Assembly (NCBI GenBank): GCA_046861655.1
Contig: JBHIAI010000041.1
Coordinates: 1-14,695, forward strand
DNA from: Fidelibacterota bacterium
GTDB lineage: Bacteria; Fidelibacterota; Marinisomatia; Marinisomatales; S15-B10
DNA: 14,695 bases
Reading direction: 5' to 3'
The notes beneath the pieces were generated by a model. That model worked only from the letters and a program-made list of their open reading frames with translations. It did not search any database and was not told the DNA's origin. Positions 7,485 to 14,695 of this stretch are shown one piece after another; the stretch's first letter is position 1; each line of letters opens with the position of its first letter. Both the position numbers and the translations under genes were made by a program.

Positions 7485-7504
7485 GGGGAGCCGACACACG
7501 CAGG

Positions 7505-9946
7505 TTACTTCAACAACACCATTTTACGACTGGCATCGAAGAGAGTTTTCCCGTTACTCTCTGCGGTTATCCTGTACACATACACACCGCTGGAGAGTGC
7601 CCCCGCGTTCCAGAGAATCTGGTGACGTCCGGCTTCCCTTCGCCCCTCCTCCAATCTCGCCACTTCCCGGCCCATAAGATCGTAAATCAGAATCCGGATG
7701 TCGCCGGCGACAGGGAGATGATACACCAGGGTTGTGGTGGCATTAAAAGGATTGGGATAATTCCCTTCCAGGGAAAATCTGGCCGGTCCCGTGTCCCGGG
7801 CCGGGTCCGCGGATATGGTCTGAAACACGGTATCCACCAGGAAAAGAACGTCATCGATAAACCAACCGCCGTACACGTTTTCCTCATCCGAGGTCATGCG
7901 GAATCGAACCCATAATTCTCCCGTGTCAAGATAGGAGCTAAGATCAATACGTTCGTCCCTCTGCACTCCCAGACCGGTGACGGTGGAAACCGCCGTCCAT
8001 CGGCTACCGTCCGTGGATACCTCCACGTAGCCGGAATCCCGGTCCGTTTCCAGAAGGCTCAGATGCCAGAATTCCATGTACGCCGTACTGTAGGACCCAA
8101 CGTCAACGGGCTCAATCCGGGCCAGAATGTTATTGGCATTGTTCTGGTAGGTCTTGTTCGGGGAGTCGTTCACCACAGTACCCACCTTCCCGAAACCGGA
8201 AAATCCCCAACCATCCCCCGTGTCCCATCCCGAAAGGTCCTTCGCCTCCCAGTTTCCCAGTGCGGTCCAGTTCAGAATCTGGAAGGAACCGGGTTCCGAG
8301 ACCGTTACGTTTCGTCGACTGGTGCTGTCTATAGCCCGTACTTCATACGTGATCACCGTGTGCCAGGGGACTTGATTCCAGGTAATCTCTCCCTGCCACT
8401 GATTGCCTACCAAACTCATGGAAGCGGTCTGAACCGTACCGGGATCGACCCCGGAAACGGTATAGTCAAGATAGGCCTGGGCCACGGAAATGTTGTCGCT
8501 GATGGAAGCTGTCACGGAAACCTTTCCACTGCGGCCAAATTGATTCCCGGTTTCAGAGACTGAATGAATCACGGGCGGGATGGTGTCGGGACCCACGTTG
8601 AAGCTGTAATACGAACCGGGAGCTCCATATGGGCTGGTAGACCACCGGTCTGCCGTGTCCAGCACGGCGAAATAGTAGGTGAGCGCCCCTGCCTCGCCGT
8701 ACCCCGGGATTTCTCCCACGAACTCTCCTGGATTATCCCCGGCGACCAGAGTGGTGGTATCGGTGAAACTGGCGTTCAGGCCCGAAACGACAATGGCGGT
8801 GCCCGGAACGAGCTGGTTTTCGTCCGCCGCTTCCATGATGACTGTCACGGCATAAGTTCCCACGGAATCTTCCGTATCCCCGTGGGGCTCATGGCTGAAC
8901 TCTACGTAAAGGGGATACTGGAGAATGAAGAACCCCTGACCGGACATGGATGTGGAATAGATCAGGCCAGAGGCGGTAAACGGATAGACTCCCCAATTCC
9001 CGGAATAGATCCCGCTGCTGCCGGGATAAAAGTCAAAGTAGGCCACCTCCTGAGGATCCGCCGGGTTGGAAATGTCCACCACCCGGGTCCCGAATACATA
9101 ATAGGAAACAAACAACTTGTCCCCTCTGACAAACACGTTGTGGACTGATTTGTTCTCGCCCACCTGGTATTCGCCCACCAGGGTGATGTTACTGAAATCC
9201 GCGGCGTCCCAGATTTTCACGTGACCCCCATTGAATTCGTCTGCAGTGATGATGTACCTGGAATCCTCCGTGGTCCAGACCTGGTGGGTGCCGTAGTCGT
9301 CATAGTCCAAAACGGCCAGAGTTTGAATATCCGACTTGTCCGAAACATCCAGGATGTGGAGATCCCCGTTAAAGATGCCGCAGGCATAGGCCGTATCGTT
9401 CTTCACATAGATGTCATGGATGTAGGTCGTTTCCCACGAGCCGACTTCCTCCGGATACAGGGGATCTTGAAGGTCCAGGATGCGGATACCACCTGAACCC
9501 ACATCGGACCCCACGATATAGGCAAACCCATCGGCGATAAAAAGATTGTGTGCGGTGGTAAAACCTGAATACCGTTTTGCCAGGGTGGGATTCCACGGGT
9601 CGGTCAGATCGATAATGTCCAGACCGCCCCCTGTTTCGTTGGTAACATACAGGTAGTCTCCGTGCGTTTTCAGGTCACGCCAGCCGGAGTATGCGCCGGA
9701 AATCAACCCGGTTTCCACAGGCTCAGAGGGGTTGGTGGACACGTCCACGATGACCGTTCCCTCAGAGATTCCGAACACGGCAAAATCGTGCCCGTTTTCA
9801 TCCGTGTACCCCCACACGTCTGAACAACTGGGATAGGGCATCCGGGCCACCATTCCCATGTGCCAGGAATCATACTCTTGCTGTCCAGTTAACACGGCCA
9901 CACTCAGTAAGAATACTTTCAAAGAGGTCTGAAAGGACACTTTCAC
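7505..9946 (-). CDS. Choice-of-anchor B family (LVIVD-repeat beta-propeller) protein with Ig-like and jelly-roll domains and type A T9SS CTD
   Basis: GTG start with SD AGGAGGT and signal peptide ending VLTG/QQ. Motifs SDVWGY, WRDLKT, AHNLFI, YIHDIYV, THQVW..DE, VHNVFV, SYYVFGTRVVDISNP, GNWGVYP. C-terminal FSLEGNYPNPFN..IYDLMGREV..LSSGVYVYRI..KMVLLK. Confidence 0.88.
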   Translation of the reverse strand: MKVSFQTSLKVFLLSVAVLTGQQEYDSWHMGMVARMPYPSCSDVWGYTDENGHDFAVFGISEGTVIVDVSTNPSEPVETGLISGAYSGWRDLKTHGDYLYVTNETGGGLDIIDLTDPWNPTLAKRYSGFTTAHNLFIADGFAYIVGSDVGSGGIRILDLQDPLYPEEVGSWETTYIHDIYVKNDTAYACGIFNGDLHILDVSDKSDIQTLAVLDYDDYGTHQVWTTEDSRYIITADEFNGGHVKIWDAADFSNITLVGEYQVGENKSVHNVFVRGDKLFVSYYVFGTRVVDISNPADPQEVAYFDFYPGSSGIYSGNWGVYPFTASGLIYSTSMSGQGFFILQYPLYVEFSHEPHGDTEDSVGTYAVTVIMEAADENQLVPGTAIVVSGLNASFTDTTTLVAGDNPGEFVGEIPGYGEAGALTYYFAVLDTADRWSTSPYGAPGSYYSFNVGPDTIPPVIHSVSETGNQFGRSGKVSVTASISDNISVAQAYLDYTVSGVDPGTVQTASMSLVGNQWQGEITWNQVPWHTVITYEVRAIDSTSRRNVTVSEPGSFQILNWTALGNWEAKDLSGWDTGDGWGFSGFGKVGTVVNDSPNKTYQNNANNILARIEPVDVGSYSTAYMEFWHLSLLETDRDSGYVEVSTDGSRWTAVSTVTGLGVQRDERIDLSSYLDTGELWVRFRMTSDEENVYGGWFIDDVLFLVDTVFQTISADPARDTGPARFSLEGNYPNPFNATTTLVYHLPVAGDIRILIYDLMGREVARLEEGRREAGRHQILWNAGALSSGVYVYRITAESNGKTLFDASRKMVLLK

Positions 9947-9952
9947 TATGAA

Positions 9953-9959
9953 ACCTCCT
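9953..9959 (-). promoter_or_regulatory. Shine-Dalgarno site of the choice-of-anchor B gene
   Basis: AGGAGGT on the minus strand, 6 nt upstream of GTG 9946. Confidence 0.85.
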
Positions 9960-9971
9960 CTTATTCGGAGA

Positions 9972-12900
9972 CTACTTGAGGATCACAAACTTTCTGGCTT
10001 TCACCGTCTCATCGGCTTTGAGCCGGTAGACATAGACCCCCGAAGCGAGGTTGATTCCCTCGAATATGACCTCGTGACGTCCGGCTTCCAGTTGCCCATC
10101 CAGGGGTCTTGCCACTTCCCTTCCCATGAGGTCGTAGACAGTGAGTGTAACGGCGGCTGTGTGGGGAAGGGAGAAGGGAATGATGGTCCTGGCGTTGAAG
10201 GGGTTGGGATAGTTCTGATCCAGACTGAACGCCTCGGGAAAAAGGACAGGTTCCTCCGCGGTAGCCACAAAGGAGGTGTCCACCGTCAGAAGAATATCGT
10301 CCACGTACCAGCCAGCCATGGTATTCTGTTCATCGGATGTCAGCCGGAATCTCAGCCAGACTTCTCCCGAAGGTATGAGGCTGGTCAGATCGATGACTTC
10401 CCGCTGTGTCACACCCTGCCCCGTCACGGTTGTTGCCACGGTCCATTCGCCACCCGAAAGATCGGTTGAGATTTCCACGTAACCGGAATCTCTGTCCTCT
10501 TCCAAGAAATAGAGATGGCGGAAGACGAGATAGGCGCTTGTGTAGGGAGACACATCAATGGCCTGGACCCGTGTCAGGATGTTTTCTGCGTTGTTCTCGT
10601 AATTCTCCCCAGGGGAATCATCCATGACGAAACCGATGGTGGGGTTGAAGTAGTAAAGACCCCACCCGTCCCCCGGGTGCCATCCCACCACGTCTTCTTC
10701 CTCCCACCGGCCGATTTTGGTCCAGTTGATGATCTGGAAGGATAGCGGGTCAGAGACTGCTTCATTCTGATTGGAGGAAGCGTCCACAACTCTGATCCAG
10801 TAGGTGATAACGGTATTGCCGGGAAGGTCCGTCCACTGGAGACTGGCCCCCCAGAGTCCATCTTCCAAGGTCATTAGCGCGGAATGGGTGTCGGCAGCGA
10901 CAGGGGAAAACGTGTATTCCAGAAACACATCTCCTACCCCGATATTGTCGGCTACGAAGGTGGAGACATCCTCCGTTCCTGACCGGTCAATCCGGTCTTC
11001 AAGCTGGGAGACAAAAACCACCTCGGGACGTACGGTATCAGGCCCGGCAAAGAAACGATAGATGTTGGCCGGTGCTCCCGCAGGGTTGGTCCACCGATAA
11101 TAATCATTCACGGCCTCGACATAGTATTCGATCCCGGTGGCCGTGTTGGGTGCGGGAATGGTTCCCGTAAACCGACCCCCTCCAGAATTCACCATGAGAG
11201 CCGAATCAAAATCCACGGAGGCGTCGGTTTTCCAGAACAAGGTCACCGTCTCAAGGTCTGACGTATCGCCTTTGATCTGTACGGAAACATCAAAATCGGA
11301 AACGGTGGACTCGGTGTCGGCTAGCGGATCATGCCGGATGAAATTCAAATAATGAAGAATGCGGGCCAGAACCGTTCTCTGAACGTCGTTTATATCGTCA
11401 GGAGGTGCCGATTCCAGCTGGCTTCCGAAGGCTTCCAGCCCCACCCCTGTGTAGACCAGGCGGTAGGAACCGTCGTACCGGAGTCCCATCCCCTTGCCGT
11501 TGTCGTACTCAAAAACAAGGTCTGCATCGGCATCGGGTGTGAACCAGTCGGGAAACTGAAAGTTACTGGGAATGCCGGGCTGGTAGACGTCGAATTCCAG
11601 GTTGTGGCCGATGGGATCACCGTATATGCCCACCGCACCCATAGTCCCGGCGTCGTCCCCTCCCCAGATTGCGTGAAGGTAGGCTTCGAAAAAATCTTTC
11701 GATTTCCCGTCTGACAGATTGTACTGGTTGGGAAAGCCCTGGGCTGGATCGGCCAGATCCCACCCAAGATCCTGCCCAGAGACGAAGAGGTTACCTCCAC
11801 CCTCGAGATAACTCTTGAGAGCACTTCGGTCTTTCTCATCCAGAGTAGGAAAATACCATTCGGTGAACCACACTACGCTTGGGAATCTGGCCAGCACATC
11901 TCCAGAGGGTGTGCCCTGGCTGGCATGATCCCAGACGCCATACAGGAGGTTCATTTCATCAAGTATCCCCGTGTAGAATCCCTCCACCAAGGACGCACCG
12001 CCTGCTGCATTGCCGCCATCACTTACCACAAGGATGGGCATCTTTCCGATTATGAACGTAAGGGTATCGGACACGTGAAGCTCACCGTCGACCCTCAGAT
12101 TCAGAGCTACGTCCGCCATGTGAGGGGTGGCGTTGCTGGATACGGAAAAGCTCAATCCATGGGACTGTGTAGTGGTCGTATCTGCGGGAAACGTCGCCGG
12201 TTCCGTCGATCCTTCAATCACGGTCAGGTCGGGATCGTCAACACCCAGGTTGACGCTGTATTCCGCCGCCTCTCCCAGGGAGTGGTTCCAGTACGCCGTG
12301 GAAATGTGGATGGTTTCTCCACGGTCAAATAGGCCGTTTCCGTCCCCACCCAAAGAATCGGTAGCCGACCATCCCCACAGCTCAATCCGCGGGGGGATGT
12401 CCGCAAACTCCTGTTCCGTGAAATTCAGTGCCTGGAGAGCATTGATTCGTCCGCTACCCAACATTCCCACGTAATCGGGATTGGCCCCATCGATATTGTC
12501 GGCGGTCCCGGCCACCCGGAGAGCCAATTCTTTGGCTGTTAGATCCCTGTAGGAGGGATGGGACTTCACCAGCCCGAGCAGACCAGCAGTCACGGGAGCC
12601 GACATGGAGGTTCCGGAGATGGAACCGTAGTTTCCTTCGGGAAAGGTAGCCAGGACGCCCTCACCCGGGGCTGAAACATCCACGGAAAGGCCAAAACTGC
12701 TAAACCACGCCCGGGCGTCGCTCTTGCTTGTAGCAGCCACGCTCAAGACTCCCTCGTACCCGGAGGGAAAATGATGTACCGCCGAGGCGGCATTCCCAGC
12801 GGCCCCTACCACCAGGGACCCCATACCATTCGCGTACTCGATGAAGTCTGCCTCCGCCTGGGAGAATCCTCCTCCGCCCCAGCTGCAGTTGATGATATGG

Positions 12901-13730
12901 GCACCCATGTCCGCCGCGTACACGATACCGTCATAACCAAAATTCACCGATAGGGGATCATCGTCATAGCTGGCCTTCACCGGAAGGGTCCGTACGTTCC
13001 AGGCCACACCCGCCACCCCTTCGTTGTTGTCCGTTACCGCATTGGCCAGGCCCGACACATGGGTCCCATGGACCCACAGGCCACTGTTGTCCTCAGGGCC
13101 GTGATTGGGATCGTTGTCATTGCCGGCGAAATCCCAGCCGTGAACATCATCGACGTACCCGTTCCCATCATCGTCCACTCCATTCCCCGCCGTTTCCCCG
13201 GGATTGGTGTAGTAATTGGATTCCAGGTCGGGATGATCCATGTCGAATCCATTATCCACCACCGCCACGATCACCGTGGAATCTCCATGGGAGAGCCCCC
13301 AGGCGGTATCGGCCAGGATCTTTTCCAGATGCCACTGATCGGCGAATTTTGGATCGTTGGGCACATCGTAAACCTGCCGAACGAAACGGGGTTCTGCATA
13401 GATCACCCCGGGTTGGTTCTCCAGAGCCTTGGCTACAACTCTGGGGTGAATCTCCGCGTCAAACCGGGCCACGTAGATCCTGTTGATGTCGGGCAGGTTC
13501 TCGCCTCCTCTGGCACGAGTCCGCAACATGGGTTCCACCGATCGCACCTCGAACCGGGCCAGCTCCCGGTCCACTGCCGGCAGACCGGTAACGGTTGTCC
13601 GGGCTCTTATGAGAGCCGTTTCCGGCGCCAGCTTGAACACCACTTCCCCGGCCACAACATTGTCGGGGAGAATTTCTCTGGCCGCCAGGGAACCCACAAC
13701 CACAAAAAAGGCAAAAAGAATTCGTTTCAC
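9972..13730 (-). CDS. Secreted S8 (subtilisin-like) serine peptidase, multidomain, with type A T9SS CTD
   Basis: The likely start is GTG 13730 (SD AGGAG 6 nt upstream; signal peptide MKRILFAFFVVVGSLAA). A pro-domain precedes the catalytic domain. Triad: VAVVDNG (Asp 13254-13256), HGTHVSG (His 13068-13070), GTSMSAP (Ser 12606-12608); oxyanion AAGN. It continues with an Ig-like domain, a class I glutamine amidotransferase-like domain (~11345-12041; YLEGGGNLFVSGQDLGW), the shared cassette, and the CTD FSLDQNYPNPFN..YDLMGREV..LASGVYVYRL..KFVILK. Confidence 0.95.
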   Translation of the reverse strand: MKRILFAFFVVVGSLAAREILPDNVVAGEVVFKLAPETALIRARTTVTGLPAVDRELARFEVRSVEPMLRTRARGGENLPDINRIYVARFDAEIHPRVVAKALENQPGVIYAEPRFVRQVYDVPNDPKFADQWHLEKILADTAWGLSHGDSTVIVAVVDNGFDMDHPDLESNYYTNPGETAGNGVDDDGNGYVDDVHGWDFAGNDNDPNHGPEDNSGLWVHGTHVSGLANAVTDNNEGVAGVAWNVRTLPVKASYDDDPLSVNFGYDGIVYAADMGAHIINCSWGGGGFSQAEADFIEYANGMGSLVVGAAGNAASAVHHFPSGYEGVLSVAATSKSDARAWFSSFGLSVDVSAPGEGVLATFPEGNYGSISGTSMSAPVTAGLLGLVKSHPSYRDLTAKELALRVAGTADNIDGANPDYVGMLGSGRINALQALNFTEQEFADIPPRIELWGWSATDSLGGDGNGLFDRGETIHISTAYWNHSLGEAAEYSVNLGVDDPDLTVIEGSTEPATFPADTTTTQSHGLSFSVSSNATPHMADVALNLRVDGELHVSDTLTFIIGKMPILVVSDGGNAAGGASLVEGFYTGILDEMNLLYGVWDHASQGTPSGDVLARFPSVVWFTEWYFPTLDEKDRSALKSYLEGGGNLFVSGQDLGWDLADPAQGFPNQYNLSDGKSKDFFEAYLHAIWGGDDAGTMGAVGIYGDPIGHNLEFDVYQPGIPSNFQFPDWFTPDADADLVFEYDNGKGMGLRYDGSYRLVYTGVGLEAFGSQLESAPPDDINDVQRTVLARILHYLNFIRHDPLADTESTVSDFDVSVQIKGDTSDLETVTLFWKTDASVDFDSALMVNSGGGRFTGTIPAPNTATGIEYYVEAVNDYYRWTNPAGAPANIYRFFAGPDTVRPEVVFVSQLEDRIDRSGTEDVSTFVADNIGVGDVFLEYTFSPVAADTHSALMTLEDGLWGASLQWTDLPGNTVITYWIRVVDASSNQNEAVSDPLSFQIINWTKIGRWEEEDVVGWHPGDGWGLYYFNPTIGFVMDDSPGENYENNAENILTRVQAIDVSPYTSAYLVFRHLYFLEEDRDSGYVEISTDLSGGEWTVATTVTGQGVTQREVIDLTSLIPSGEVWLRFRLTSDEQNTMAGWYVDDILLTVDTSFVATAEEPVLFPEAFSLDQNYPNPFNARTIIPFSLPHTAAVTLTVYDLMGREVARPLDGQLEAGRHEVIFEGINLASGVYVYRLKADETVKARKFVILK

Positions 13731-13736
13731 CAGAAT

Positions 13737-13741
13737 CTCCT
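13737..13741 (-). promoter_or_regulatory. Shine-Dalgarno site of the S8 peptidase gene
   Basis: AGGAG within agagAGGAGattctgGTG on the minus strand. Confidence 0.75.
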
Positions 13742-13841
13742 CTCTACGACTGGAAGCTTTTGAATGTAAGATCCTTTGCCAGGCACGAAGGTGACCCTCA
13801 TCACACTGGAAAAATGCACAGGAATTATTCATCAGGACAAG

Positions 13842-14693
13842 TTAATAAGCCGCGGCCGCTCCGTTGGCCGTGGGGTCGGCTGCACCCACATAGGATTCAT
13901 GCTTCTCGTCCCAGGCGATGGCGTATACCCGGGAAGGGCTTGCGATCTCCCCTATCTGATAGCCACGGAGGTTCCGACCCACCACGAACGGCTCCGGCAT
14001 TCCCGGATCCACGTACAAGACGGGAGGATCAGACTGATAGTGGAACCGGGGTTGAGCAAGAACGTCGGATAGACCCTGATGAAAATCCATCACCCCCACG
14101 ATGACCTCAACGACGGCCGTAATGATTTTCGGTCCACCGGAGCCTCCCAGGATCATCACCGGCCGGCCGGCCTTCACCAGGATAACGGGTGCCATGCTGG
14201 AAAGAGGGCGCTTGCCCGGTTCAATGGCATTGGCCCCGTTTCCCACCAGACCGAAATAATTCGGCACGGACGGATGAGAACTGAAATCGTCCATTTCCGA
14301 GTTCAACACGACCCCCGTTCCCGGTACGGTCAATCCGGCACCAAAGGTCAGATTGACCGTCTGGTTGACAGACACCGCATTGCCCCATCGGTCCACCACG
14401 CAAAAATTGGTGGTATTCCCGGAAAGAAATGCCGCCACTACCGAATCGGCATAGGACTGTCCAGTGAGATGCCGAACGGGCACGTCCACGAAGTCCCCGT
14501 CTCCAAGAAACCGGGCCCTGTCCTGGAAGGCCTGGTCCATAAACCGGGCCGTTGAAATGATGGCCTCCATGTCCCAGAAGGTCTTTCCTTCGACAACGCC
14601 GGCAGCCTCGATCATGTTGAGGATCTCAATCACGTGAACGCCTCCGGAGCTTGGCGGGCCCATGCCCATCACAGTCACATCGTTGTAACGTCC
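13842..14693 (-). CDS. ggt: Gamma-glutamyltransferase (5'-partial)
   Basis: The frame is open to the window edge (GRYNDVTVMGMGPPSSGG). Motifs: PPSSGG, DRARFLGD, TTNFCVVDRWGNAVS..TVN..FG, GVVLNSEMDDFS, NAIEPGKRPLSSMAP, GGSGG, PRFH, GAADP. Confidence 0.93.
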   Translation of the reverse strand, partial: GRYNDVTVMGMGPPSSGGVHVIEILNMIEAAGVVEGKTFWDMEAIISTARFMDQAFQDRARFLGDGDFVDVPVRHLTGQSYADSVVAAFLSGNTTNFCVVDRWGNAVSVNQTVNLTFGAGLTVPGTGVVLNSEMDDFSSHPSVPNYFGLVGNGANAIEPGKRPLSSMAPVILVKAGRPVMILGGSGGPKIITAVVEVIVGVMDFHQGLSDVLAQPRFHYQSDPPVLYVDPGMPEPFVVGRNLRGYQIGEIASPSRVYAIAWDEKHESYVGAADPTANGAAAAY

Positions 14694-14695
14694 CA

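Noticed and set aside
7290..7915. Alternative ORFs 7290..7499 (-), 7370..7915 (+) and 7428..7625 (+)
   Set aside because: They overlap better-supported genes, have no recognisable motifs, and look like shadow frames.
7600..10740. Similar segments in the two minus-strand genes as a DGR template/variable repeat pair
   Set aside because: Differences are not adenine-specific, both copies are coding, and no reverse transcriptase is present in the window. Ordinary paralogy explains them.
13731..13832. 34-codon N-terminal extension of the S8 ORF (MNNSCAFFQC...)
   Set aside because: The SD and signal peptide fit GTG 13730; the extension is probably intergenic or promoter sequence.
13760..13841. Sigma70-like promoter upstream of the S8 gene (TACATT, or TTGTCC-N18-CATTTT on the minus strand)
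   Set aside because: The matches are weak with poor -35/-10 spacing and cannot be supported without TSS data.
147..14555. Long antisense or alternate-frame ORFs (e.g. 933..1652, 2936..3892, 8564..9148, 13059..13763, 14079..14555)
   Set aside because: They are fully nested in well-supported genes and are expected from GC-rich codon bias. None shows protein family features.

Overview
Densely coding, GC-rich bacterial window with two convergent blocks and no RNA genes, CRISPR arrays or mobile elements that I can support. The plus strand holds a translationally coupled (TGATG/TGATG) three-gene operon. It encodes a 5'-truncated TonB-dependent outer-membrane receptor whose loops carry about 12 acidic Dx[DN]xDG-type Ca-binding repeats, a ~1190-aa exported protein with an atypical T9SS-like C-terminal sorting domain, and a PorV/UPF0164-family beta-barrel. 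The minus strand encodes a 5'-truncated gamma-glutamyltransferase with an unusually short inter-subunit linker, an S8 subtilisin-like peptidase and a choice-of-anchor B beta-propeller protein. The last two share a duplicated ~455-aa C-terminal cassette ending in a classical type A T9SS CTD. A 62-aa basic/acidic small ORF with an ArfA-like motif follows them. T9SS cargo, strong Shine-Dalgarno sites and the GE-x-F-x-D-x-NGNG repeats suggest a non-Bacteroidia FCB organism (Marinimicrobia/KSB1/Calditrichota-like; inference only). The best candidate for a poorly described system is the SusD-less 'TBDR + T9SS cargo + dedicated PorV' uptake module.
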